A stretch of 64,000 nt of DNA from Haplodiscus bocki (Eukaryota). The notes under the pieces are model-generated. The model searched no databases. It was not told the origin of the DNA and was given only the letters and a program-made list of their open reading frames with translations. Shown in pieces: positions 1-11,038 of the stretch. Both the position numbers and the translations under genes were made by a program. Numbering within the stretch: position 1 is the stretch's first letter; each line of letters opens with the position of its first letter. Location: positions 1 through 64,000 of the forward strand of contig CBFHFQ010000351.1 in NCBI GenBank assembly GCA_965655095.1, given 5' to 3'.

Positions 1-2550
1 ACGTATCCTAAAAATGACGTCTATGTTCTATATGTATGAAGCTACTATGGCGAATAAGATCCTAATGCAAGTTCAGTAACTGAAAAATGCATAACGGTAT
101 AATTGCAACTAAGTCATATCACTTCCCTCGTCCCCCGATATGAAAGCGACTAAATATTACATAACACACTATATAGTATGTCAGAACAAGTATTGCTGAG
201 CATTTGATAAATTAACAGTTACATCTAACCAAAACCAATAGTGCAGATTTTACCTGAAATCCCAAAACTGACCAGCACTAGATTCTGACTGAATCTCAAA
301 CATGGAAACACTTCTTAAAAGACTTAAAGACAGCGGTAAACTTCGGCCGGAAACCTGCAATAAATATATGTGCCCTCTGTAATGCACTCAATTGACTAAA
401 CAGACTTTTTTGAGCTAAATCTACGCCACATAAGAAAACATCCGTCGAGATGTTTTCACTGCAAAATCCAATTTGCAGTAGGCAAATGAGAAAAATCTCA
501 AAAAGAGAGAAATAACAAAAGATTAGCAGTGGACAAGAACGAGCAGAATTTATTTGAGACATTAAAGATCTACATCGTTTTCCATCCATCCGAGATGGAA
601 AACGATGAGGACTGACTCTAAAGCTGGACTACAGACAGAAACCGATCGATTGAACACGCATGAGTATTCACAAAAGAAACACATCGGTTTCGGTCAGAAG
701 AATAGCTTGCAACAGACCTTAGATTTTTTCCGAAGTCTGGGAATGAACAATAAACAACCATGACTGTGCAGCGCAAAATATATTGATTACATGTAATCAG
801 ACATTTTCTGATGTCTGAACAGCGAACAATTCAATGCATCAGCCTTAAGACTTTTTGCGACGTCCCAGATGAACAGTAACTGCATACATAGTAGACCATA
901 CCCGAACTAGCTAATAGACCGGGAGACAGACATTTTCCTATGTCCTAATTAACTTAACCGCCTTGTCGATTTAGTGCGCAGACATTGTCCGATGTAAACC
1001 AGAAAATGTCCCGAACACCCCCAATGAGTATTTTGACGTATTTTATTTCATAAATGTCATATTAAAATCGTATTTCAATGTTTTACCATATTTTAACGCC
1101 ATATTTAATTTATGCGATTCTTGCGCTATAAATTGCATGAATTTAATGCATTTGTCACTCTAGCGGCAGAATTTTGCGTCACTCACTAATTATGCAACTA
1201 GCACCTAAGCCGACGAGCCAATAAGAACCCACCAGTGGTAAAGTTTAAGCCTACCAGAACTTTTTTTTAAAACTGAATAAAATACCAAATGAACAAAAAT
1301 ATCGGCTGGATATCTAAATTAGCCTCTTCGCCGATTGCATGAGCTTTTCAAGTACATGACACTGATGAATGGAAATACTCACAGTTTACATGCACTACCG
1401 GAAATATACACTCATGAAGAACAAATGACAGTAGCGTCCGAGATGAACGAAATCGAGCAGAACAAAAAAACTAGTGCAGGATTCTCTCCTGACATGATTG
1501 AGGAAGAAAATCAAAGCGAACCTGGAACCCCTCCATGCCCAAATCTCTGCCCTAACGCAAATGATGGGCAAATTAATCCAAGGCAACTCGGCCAGAGAGT
1601 TCACGACGGCAAGTACCTGCGAGTCCCAATTTCCGTCCGAATCGTCAGTCACAGACGGACCCTGAACCTCTAGAACCCTACCGATAGTGCCGATGACAAC
1701 CGTGGGATACGCGCCCGACACACATATATTCATACAACCACAAGATTTGAGTTGCAGGGCAGTTAAAAAGGTGTACAATTCAACGTCAGCAACCTTGAGG
1801 ACGAATTACTTCCATTCGGAGAAATCCCCCTTTGATCAACATTATGGTTGAAAGCCACAAACGGAGTTGAACAAACATTTAGATGTAGACACGAATAGAA
1901 AATAAATCAGAAGTTAACCTGGTGTTACATTTCAGTGATGGCGGATACGCGCCAAGTGAACACACTCAGCGGACACAGCTGGAAACCGAGAAACTGATCA
2001 TGAAAGCAAATGTTATCAAGGAATGTCTCTTCCGTTTTCCTGAGAAAACGAGGATTATCCAAGTGAAATAGCACGTATGAATGAAATCCACTGCTGGCGA
2101 TCTCGGTGACTGACCACACGGTGGACACGGATGCGATTAAAATAGTACTTTGAAGGTTAAATGGAAAGGCCATTTCTTTCAATTGGATGTACCTTGAGAA
2201 AAGGAGCCAGCCCACCTGCAAAAAATGGCGGACTGGAAGCGAGAGTAACCATAATACGAGAAGACGATATGATAGAGTACGATAAAGGAAGACGTGGCGA
2301 CTCAATAAAGTCTCCGGTTTGGGGAAGCGGAAAACGAAACAAACAAAATCTTCGTCCAAAAAAGCTAATTAACCGAATAAAGACGGGACAAACCATACGG
2401 GTAGACAAAATGTGTGCAAGCCCTGTGAACAGCAGAACCTTGTGAACTGGGCAGTTTGTGATTAACACAGACTGCCCTGGGAGTTCTTCAGAGAGGAACA
2501 TCGACCTACTAAGCATGACACCCGAACAATTTTTGGAAGCAAGAATTGAT
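1..2550 (+). pseudogene. Decayed ORF remnants of unknown origin (possibly the accessory region of a retroelement)
   Basis: Short, stop-interrupted, protein-like frames (1335-1673, 2161-2445). No recognisable motif. Ends at the LTR start at 2551. Confidence 0.25.
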
Positions 2551-4587
2551 TGTCGCAGGCTGCCAGTCGCTAGCCAACCCGTCACCCTTGTTTCAAGACT
2601 AAAACATTGGTTAATTACCTATTTGAATACATAAGTGTTAGAACAAAGATGCTCCTTTATTTTTAAATGAAAGCCACCCCGCTTAAATATAATCCTACAT
2701 ATATACATAAATATTTAGTTAATATATTTGTGCGTAATAAAATCCATTCAGCCGACAAGCACCCAGTAGTATACGGAATATCACTCGGACACAATATTTC
2801 CAGTGCTCTTCTATTGCGCAGTATTGTACTTTCAACTGATTAGTTCAATTAATTGAATCCACGAATTTTTTTTTGATCCAATAGTAACGACGCAAATTTA
2901 GAGTAGTCAAAGTTGGTCAATTAGACCTACTTCTGACCAGTTTGTTCAAAACTGATGGTCGTCTCGAAACAATAAAAAACGGCCAAAAACCAGATATTGA
3001 CTGGCATGAACAAATGATGGTGATAGTGCTGTTTATATATGAAAATAAAACTTAAAATTATTTCATACAGCGATAAATGATTATAAAGATGGAGTTACGG
3101 TGCCCAACTAACCAGTGCTTACAATCATTTGCGATAAGTATAATCATTCACGAATATTCTCATAGGTCACATGTTGGTCCTGGTGATCGTTTTAAAACAA
3201 CAAACTATGAGTGTTCATTAGGTCTCAGTAATGTTAAATGTAGCTACTGGTGCCACGAGTATTACCTTGCTATATTTTTGAGCAAAAACATGTAAATAGT
3301 TTGATTATGTTTCAAATAAACAGGCTACTATCACGTGAAACCCACCGTGAACAACTCAACAAGGAAAATTTGTTTGGTATGTGTTCTTTACAGGTCATTA
3401 CCACCCGCTTTTCAAAATGTGGAACTATATGTATGTTTTTTGGTCAAGAGCAGATCATTGAGCCCCAACAAAACCATGATCACTATCAAAAATTCAAAAA
3501 TTGCAGTAAAAGGACCATAACCATTCTTCTGACCGTACCAATACGCACATGTAAATCGATCTTTCAATTGCCGTTTTTAGCAAAATCATGCCCTTCGTAC
3601 CGAATTTCCATACAATGACACTAATGCTTGAAATCATACTTTTCACCTTAATTCTTTTGAGCACATGCGTTAAAACTTTTTATAGCCTAACCTTTCTTGT
3701 CATGATTTATTGACATTTTCCCGGCTTTGAACTATCAAACATTTGCTATTTTTGGCTTTAAGACCTGATGACGTCATGTAATTGCTTTGTTCTTCGTTTC
3801 AACTTCTATTCATAGTTGCAGTTACATGTATGATGTCAACAAAGCGAATACCCTGATTGCCGGACGAAGTTAGCGGCTAGCTAGAAGCGATGCAACCTGA
3901 TCTTGACCCGACGTTCGAACCAGAATCTTCAGAGTATCTCCACAAATCATCGCTCTAAACTCTCCCCAAAAACTGAAAACTTCTGATTTGTTCTGTAGAA
4001 CTACTTTGTTGCCATTTGTTTGTTTTGTAAAATGTTGTTGCCTAAAGTGATTGATTTAGCAAGAAGTGGAATTCAGTTGTTATAACTTATTTGGTTTCGA
4101 CTCGAAAGATTAAGCAGCGAAAAAGAAGGCTCCATGGCCAATTAGATGATTCAATTAGATTTTTTTTTGTCAGAATAGCGAATTTTGAAAGGCAGAAGGT
4201 TGCAGATACAGACGGTCAAGCTTTGAATGAATTTGCCTCCGATAAGATTAGCGGAGCGCAGCCAACCAGCGAAAACCTCAATAACATTAACATTTTAGAA
4301 AAAAATGGACTTTCTGATAGAATTGCTAGGGAAATGGGTAATGTTTCTGAAACAGTTGAAGTTAGCATCCAGAATGATCTTCTGGCCGCTGTGATTGAAT
4401 AATATTATTGCACCTAAAACTGAATTATCAGTTAAGATAAGGAGCGCATCATCCGGACAAGACGCTGCAGGGTTATGACTAACTCAGAACGTGGGCAACA
4501 AGAAAACAAGAAAAGAACACTGCCTCTTTTGAGATCGTATCCGATAGGAAGAGGTGATTTCATGAATAAATCTAACTGATGGGGCTC
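2551..4587 (+). mobile_element. LTR family B copy, 3' end cut off by the family-A LTR at 4588
   Basis: Starts TGTCGCAGGCTGCC, identical to the minus-strand start of the TSD-bounded solo LTR 38971-40894. Internal blocks align with it (e.g. ~2896-2970 vs reverse complement of ~40441-40515). Carries the homologous MVSTRK ORF. Confidence 0.85.
4091..4587 (+). pseudogene. LTR-encoded ORF of family B (MVSTRK..., putative Gag N-terminus), frameshifted
   Basis: MVSTRKIKQRKRRLHGQLDD...IAREMGNVSETVEVSIQN aligns with the minus-strand translation from 39532, (I)VSKRTKKQSNRRLVSQLDD...IDREMGNTVNTVKDRIQN. Confidence 0.75.
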
Positions 4588-5646
4588 TGTCATGACCAAC
4601 TTCTGGGCCAGAGTTTTTCAGTACAGTCAACTGATAATCAAAGTGATAATAAGTATCTGTTTTTTAGTACTTTCATTTCTCCTATTTAAACCTTTTCCTG
4701 ACCGGAAACATAATTGTTTACATTCCAAGTAAAGGTACAAAGTAGGGAAAGGTACTTTAATAATAATAATTACAAAGGAAATATTCCAATTCTGGCGGGG
4801 AATAAACGTCTTTCCCTCCATTTCGTCCTTTACAGATCGCGTCTTTTCCATCTTTCGACGGAAAATATACGGGTCTGATCAGTCGGAAATGGATATGAAA
4901 GTGCTTATTCCCGTGCCGACACAATAAATATTTAACATAAATAAATGATCAAAAAGATTTTCCATAAAGAGACAGTATTGAAAAATGCACCAAAATTAGG
5001 TAAAATACACTGAAATAATCATAGAAATCCATAATTACATGCTTCGAAATATTATTGCATCGATTAAATCCATTTTTGGAACGAAACTAGGCTTTTTCCT
5101 AGTCCGTTCCTCCGTACTACAGGCCGGTTCCTCCTTTTGGCCAAAGCGTTCCGTAAGGACTACGTAGCCGCTTCTAGCACTGGTCTCCGCAGTGCTACTG
5201 AGGAGAATGATTCTGGTGGCTATGTAGACGTTCCGTGTTCGTCCAATTTGACACAGCTTAAAAACACATCGGATTGGTTGAATTTATAGTGACGTCACCA
5301 GATCGGTAGCGACGGAAAGCGTGCGGAACAAATATTCACTCCTAGCCTAGTGTAGCTAATAGGTACGTACGTGTTCGTTCCGTTAATGAGCCGTCCCAAT
5401 CTGGATCAGTACACGGGAGTGCTGCGTAAAAAATAAAAAGAAGTTACATGAATTTTTACTAGGGAGTGATACGTTTTTGATACGTATCAAAAACATGGCA
5501 AGGCGTTGAAATATTGCTGCAATAATATTATATGAATGAAAATGAAAAAGTCTAAAGTTTCAATACAGTTTCTTTTAATTTTCAGGTAATCTGGGGATGT
5601 GCTTTTCTTTCTGTATGCCCGTAGGCTTCGCGGATATACTGCGACA
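4588..5646 (-). repeat. 3' LTR of the family-A element, with an internal deletion removing the LTR ORF
   Basis: TG...CA termini. Homologous to solo LTRs 10636-12497, 16904-18484 and 43000-44643, but ~1.06 kb rather than ~1.6 kb and lacking the MATLRNK ORF. Confidence 0.85.
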
Positions 5647-5659
5647 CTCCCCCTCTTTT
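5647..5659 (-). other. Polypurine tract (PPT)
   Basis: Plus-strand CTCCCCCTCTTTT is minus-strand AAAAGAGGGGGAG, directly abutting the TG start of the 3' LTR. Confidence 0.85.
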
Positions 5660-5699
5660 GTGAAAGGAAATTCCCATGGTCAATCTGCTTTTCTGTTTT

Positions 5700-7950
5700 C
5701 GATGCGCTCTGCTCCTCGGTGATTGTTCCACAAAATCACAATTTCAAGAGTTCATAAGATGACCAATCGCCAGTAATAATTGAAATCATAAATGAAAATT
5801 TATGCTTCCGATGACAGCTAATGAATTCAGCAAGAGTACTGTCAAGTGACGGAGTACTTACGTAAATTCTCCGTAGTTCTCTTTTCAGGTGGGAATTTCT
5901 TTGTAGTTTCCGTAAGGAACGGTAAATTTGCTGGAGTTAAGTAATAGTGAGTAGAAAATGAAGGTGTTACTGCGTAAACAAGTCAAGGAAAGCAAAGTTT
6001 TGAAATGAGGAAACTTTTAGTTTTGTTGCTCAACCTATCCTTGAAATATCATGCTGGCGTCATTGCTGGCAGACAAATTCATCAAATTAGAAGGAGTAAG
6101 TGATAAATTAATAACGTATGCAAATCCACCAGTTGATAGTCAAATCTTGCTATTCCATGGAATGTCTGAGAAAAGTGTGATCCTGCATGAGGAGATCACT
6201 TTATTTCAAGCAGATACTGCGTCAATTGTAGGTTCTGCCAGAACTCATTTAGCCATCAAAATCCATGTGCCATTGAAGAGAATGTACTTTTAAAGATGGG
6301 CGAGGAGAGTCCGGGTGGAGTTCTGGAACAGCTTGTTGTTTGAGATCATGGTGAATCTGATGTAAATGCGAGGGAAAAGCAGACATCGAGGGTGAGGATG
6401 TCGATGTTGTTTGTGGTGCTGCCGCATTAGCAATATCCTGGTTTGAGTTTCAGGGTTCCATTTTTCTGAGATTATCTATGAAAAGGACTGGAGGGACAGA
6501 CTTTGTCTGAGGGTGTTGTTAAACCGCTCGACCTCCGCAATGCGACTTTTCAAATCTTCAAAATCTACCATTAACCTTTCTATTAGAATTTCTTTGCTGG
6601 CCAGTCATTGAATTCTATTAGGCTAGTTCTGCTGCGCGCGCTGAAACCTGATATAGCTTCGTGAGGCTATTGTGTTTTAGTGTATATTGTTCGGGGGAAC
6701 CATTTGTTCATCCGGATTTTTCCGTGACCTCTAGGATTAACGTGTTGGTATCAGAGTTTGAAGTAGTTGCTCCCAATTAGGAGGAGGATGTCCAGAAAGG
6801 GGGCTCTAGAAAAGATCTCTCATGGTTGCACTTCAGAATTAGATTCTCTCTAATCTACATTGTGGATTTGTTTATGGGGCAGTGGTTTGTTATCCTCGTT
6901 TTAGCAGGTGATGCCGAATTTGCTCCAAGAGTTTCCGGAAGAGATGACGTACCGACTGGTGTAGAGACTGATGGTCAGCCGAAAGTGCACCGCTCCGTTG
7001 TTACCAGACGCCTGGTGTCGCTAGTTGCGGGCTTAAGTCTGACATATCTGAAGCTGTCCACAGTCGGAGTCGAGGTTGGGAGCTAATGGAGCAGGCTTTT
7101 GATGATGGTAATAATCATATTCAAATGAGGAATTTACTAGTATTGTTCCTCATTGGTTCCGGGTTTAACCTCATTTTGCTTTTTTGAATAACTTCCTCAC
7201 TGATCCTGCTGCCACTGTTGTGCATGCCACCGGGCATCAGACTGTTTATTTGTGTCGCTCCGTCAGTGAGGTTGAAAAGGCTGAGTTGCTGAATCCTCTA
7301 ATGAATAGAGGGCATTCCCGTTGGATTTGTATTTGGGCAATTAGCAGTATGTGTGTGTAAAGTATATTTTATGTTGGCAGAGTTGAATGAAGTACTGGAT
7401 CAGCTGCGACACTTTGGTGGTACGTTCCGTAGAATTTCCGGAATTGTTCCGTATCACTCGTTGTCTTTTCCTGGGTGGAATTAATAATGTCGTTGATGTC
7501 GCCCATAATGGGGTTATATGGGGCTGTTCCTAGGTTTTGCTCATTCAGTCTATTCATTGCCTGTATTGTTTGACATGCACACAATATCGTCGAATTGCAG
7601 TCGGAGAGAGAATGAGTAGGAAATTAGTCAGTCCACAAGGATTATCCTCAGAAAACTAGACATAACTTGTTTGTATTCTGTATTGTCTCCGAAATCATAT
7701 TTGGGGAATTTCTCGAAGCCGTTCCCCGAGGTGCTCCGTGGAGCAGATTAGGGTGTACTGGGAATATGTTTCGAGATATAAGAAATTCACTATTGCAATA
7801 ACCAATATCCATTGAAAAATGGTAGTCAAAACATCGTATTTGTTCCAGGTGAACTGTTAGGAGCTTCCAGTAATAGGTACGTATTTGTTCCGTCAGTTCC
7901 ATAACACGTTCCTACGATTTGCGAAAGGTTCCGTGGAACATACTAGGACA
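5700..7950 (-). pseudogene. Decayed extra ORF(s) upstream of the PPT (env-position accessory ORF)
   Basis: Minus-strand protein-like fragments 7648-7902 and 7369-7584, plus a heptad-like stretch near 6490-6600 (LASKEILIERLMVDFEDLKSRIAEVERFNNTLRQSL). Confidence 0.45.
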
Positions 7951-9736
7951 GATTCAAAAATTCAATGTCTTTAATTTTCGTTGCAGTTAGGTTTCAGTTG
8001 GTGACGTAGATTTTATATTGTGCAGCGGGGGTTGTTAGAATCTTGTTCTGATGCTTCTACTTCGTGTACCGTTTGTAGATAAAATGTTGGTAGAAATCCA
8101 CTTTGTCATATATCCCTTCTTTTATGGAGACTTTTTGGGCAAACTTATCGTATTGTGCCTAGTATACTACTAGTCAATTGGGTTGTGTATTTAGATAGTT
8201 CACGAAATCCAGAGGCTGATACACTTTTCACGAACTACGATGGAGGACACTGATATATACAGCTCGTCCATGTCCCATCTCTCACAAGCGTATCCCAAGC
8301 AGCGTTGAAGATGTCTTTCTGAGAAAGGAAAAATTGTCATCTCCATCACATTTCAACTGTGATGCCGTTAGTCGTTCCTTGGGTTTCATTTTGACAGTTC
8401 TGGGAGTTATTGAGGCACAGTACTTGTTTGCTAGTCGTTTCATGTTCTCGGAACTGTTCCGTAGCGGTTCCGGATGTTGAAGTGATGTTTCTTTTAATGA
8501 CGTCGTTTGTGACTCTACAACATTTCTCTGTTTAAGTCGGGGAGTATGCGTGTTTTCATTAATTTCAGCAGTAGAGTCATTCTGAATAATAGCTAACTTG
8601 AACTCTTCACAGATATCTCCAGAGGTTGCTGCCAGACAACACATGGGATTGGTGGAATTTTCTTTTACTGTCTCCGGTGTGTCAGTCACTGTTCCGGAGT
8701 GAAAATGTGGCATTTCTAGTCGAGATGATAGGCTGTAGCCCGAACACAACCAGTTATACTGTCCTGTGCTTCCTGTTGTTGAGGTTTGCTCTTCCAGGGA
8801 AATGGCCTGTTTACTGCATTGGCTGCAACATAACATCTCTCTGCTGAGTGGTTCTTTCTGCCACATGTCTCACAGGGTGGGTAGACAGCTCTAGATTTTC
8901 TGTCAAATTTATATTTGTTGGGGCTAGAGTCATTTGTGTCACTGTTGATATTTCAGGCATTATCTTGGTTGCCTTCAAATTGTCGTTTGTGCGTCAAAGT
9001 GTTCACCTGACGTTCAACAGGAGATCCAAACTGCTTAGCTCTACTTCCTTCTCGATGTTTGTCACAATCTGTTCATACGTGCCGTTCTCCAAGTGGGCCT
9101 AATATGTTGATTTCTTCAGGTTAGCAGGCATCTTGGCATATATGAGTTGTTCAATGACTGCTTGGGCAGCAACTCCAAACGCATATTGTGCCAATTTCTG
9201 GAGTTCGTCCAAAAAATCAATTAACTTCTGGTTGGCTGGATTGAACACTAGTTGTTGAAATTTATGTTTTGCCGTAGTCATTGACTGGGGTTTCACGTAT
9301 TTTCTACGGAATACAGTCAGAATTTCTGTCAGATTCTCTCGGTTCGGGCAGCTGATATTTTTGAACGTCTGCAGCGCAACACCACGCATTAGAGAGTGGA
9401 ATTAGTTTATTTTGTCCTCTTCTGTGAGCTGATTGTGGATTTTTAAACTCGTTTGGAGTACAGCTTCAAACAGTTCAAAGTTCTTTGATTTCCCGTCGAA
9501 GGTGGGCATTGCTGTCGTGAGGGATTTAGACAGTTTTGAAATTTTGTTTACGTTGTTGTTGATGTTGGCGGAGATGATGTTGCTCGCCAACTGCTGAGGG
9601 GCCAATAAAATCTGGTCTGCTTCAATTGTTGCAGAGGTGTTCTCACTGCGAAATGGTGGCTGACTTGTGGAGCGTGTCTTCTTTTGTTTTCCTGACGAAG
9701 TCCCAAGGGAGCAGTAGGGAATGTTTTCTTGAATTT

Positions 9737-9962
9737 CTGTCACCATGTCGTGGCGATTGCGAATCTGTTCTGTAACTCCCGTCACCATGTCGTGACTATT
9801 GCAAATGTCTTCTGTAGCTCCTGTCATCATGTCCTGACGATTGCAAAGTTCTTCTGTAGCTCCTGTCACCATGTCGTGACGATTGCAAATTTCTTCTGTA
9901 TCTCCTGTCACCATGTCGTGAAGATTGCAAATTTCTTCTGTAGCTCCTGTCACCATGTCATG
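9737..9962 (-). repeat. In-frame 42-bp tandem array of the LTR-end/PBS junction (six junction copies; peptide HDMVTGATEEICNR)
   Basis: Plus-strand CACCATG (CATCATG in one unit) at 9741, 9783, 9825, 9867, 9909 and 9951, an exact 42-bp period. Confidence 0.92.
9944..9955 (-). other. Primer-binding site TGGTGACAGGAG (possibly tRNA-Leu type)
   Basis: Begins with TGG directly after the LTR-terminal CA and is complementary to a tRNA 3' end ...CUCCUGUCACCA. The tRNA identity is an inference. Confidence 0.75.
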
Positions 9963-10440
9963 ACCAACTTCTCGGCCACAGTTTTGTGTAATCTGGCTGC
10001 GGAAGATGGCCGCTTCAGGATGAGGATCACTCTGGGAGTCGTCCCCATTTGTGCCCTGGTTTTCCACATTTGTGTTCCGGTATGTTCCCGGAACGGTTCC
10101 GGAGTGCGTCCGTATCTTTGGGTTCAAGAGAAGTTCGTCTGATTTAGACAGAGCACCCAAATGCGAGACTCTGTCCTGCTGAACTCCTGGGACAGTTTTC
10201 AATGACTCTGCCTTCAATCTCCTCAGAAACTTGTGTGATATATTCCTCGTTATTTCTAGGAACCGACGTGTTTCGTGACTGGCCGTTCCTAGGATGTTCT
10301 TCTTGTGTTTCTCTTGTAACGGCTGCCAACTTTCGTTTGTTTCTCAATGTTGCCACTTTTTGAAAGGAAAATGCTACGCAGTTATGAAGACTGAATTAAT
10401 TTCTATTTGTTAATCAAGTTGAGATAATAACAAGAAAAGC
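9956..10440 (-). repeat. Retained 3' part of the 5' LTR of the family-A element
   Basis: Shares its terminus with 4588 and is highly similar to ~43100-43500. Homology stops near 10440, where repeat C begins. Confidence 0.8.
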
Positions 10441-10635
10441 AACTGGACTTTTGGATGTCAAAAAAGACAAAGAATTAACAAACAAGTCAACCTTTCTGTA
10501 TTTCGGTATGAAAATCAAGTGTCATGTTTATCAAGTTTATACAAGTAAATATCAAAAACAGAATAAAAAAGACAAAACGGAAAAGTGGTGAAATCTCCCT
10601 AGTTTGATATAGTCTATGAGAAAACGAATGGACTA
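10441..10635. repeat. Dispersed repeat C, left part (continues at 12498-~12550 after the solo LTR)
   Basis: Aligns with 41461-41655 (ATGTCAAAAAAGACAA.GAATTAACAAACAA ... TTTGATATAGTC.ATGAG.AAACGAATGGA). Confidence 0.8.
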
Positions 10636-11038
10636 TATCACGTTGGTCTTCTTGGCCAGAGTTTCGCATCGTCTGGTTGGCGAAGGTGCCTGCTTCAGGA
10701 TTAGGATCACTGTGGGAGTCGTCCTCATTTGATCCTTGGTTTGTACTAAATGCGTTCTGGGACGTTTCCCGAGCGGTTCCGGAGTGGCACTCGATTAGCG
10801 GGTACATGAGAAAGTTATCTAGACGTGCTAACGCGTCTAATTTGCGATTTTCCGTCATACTGAACTCCTGAGACAACTTCTTTGTGACTCGTCCCTCAAC
10901 TTCTTCAAAAACTTGAGTGATGTAGTCTCCTTGTGATCTAGGAACATTTGACTTTTGTGCCAAGTTGCGCCTAGGATGTTCCTCACAATTTTCTTTATTC
11001 AAAACTGCCAGCTTTCTTTTATTCCTCAGAGTTGCCAT
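10487..11038 (-). CDS. Chimeric ORF: LTR-encoded Gag N-terminus (134 aa) fused to 49 aa from flanking repeat C
   Basis: Open ATG-started 183-aa ORF MATLRNKRKLAVL... that crosses the LTR end at 10636. Expression unknown. Confidence 0.4.
   Translation of the reverse strand: MATLRNKRKLAVLNKENCEEHPRRNLAQKSNVPRSQGDYITQVFEEVEGRVTKKLSQEFSMTENRKLDALARLDNFLMYPLIECHSGTARETSQNAFSTNQGSNEDDSHSDPNPEAGTFANQTMRNSGQEDQRDIVHSFSHRLYQTREISPLFRFVFFILFLIFTCINLINMTLDFHTEIQKG

Larger units (their letters stand above)
8716..10356 (-). pseudogene. gag: gag of the family-A element (one frameshift near 10200, in-frame stops at 9402 and 9099)
   Basis: Joins ORFs 10144-10356, 9402-10217 and 9099-9389. Capsid-like segment MPTFDGKS...FRRKYVKPQSMTTAKHKFQQLVF. 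CX2CX4HX4C knuckle CETCGRKNHSAERC at 8833-8874. TAG at 8716-8718. Confidence 0.85.
4588..10440 (-). mobile_element. Ty3/Gypsy-like LTR retrotransposon family A, non-autonomous (pol largely absent), 5' LTR truncated
   Basis: Minus-strand order: partial 5' LTR ending CATGACA (9956), PBS TGGTGACAGGAG, gag with CCHC knuckle, internal region, PPT AAAAGAGGGGGAG, 3' LTR TG...CA (5646-4588). Both LTR ends read TGTCATGACCAACTTCT on the plus strand (4588 and 9956). Confidence 0.88.

Noticed and set aside
9737-9962. 42-bp array as a CRISPR array
   Set aside because: The whole unit is repeated with no unique spacers, there are no cas genes, and the context is a eukaryotic retrotransposon.
9729-10142. 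Cys/His-rich repeat ORF (SCHHVV...) as a metal-binding protein
   Set aside because: It is the antisense reading of the 42-bp gag/PBS array.
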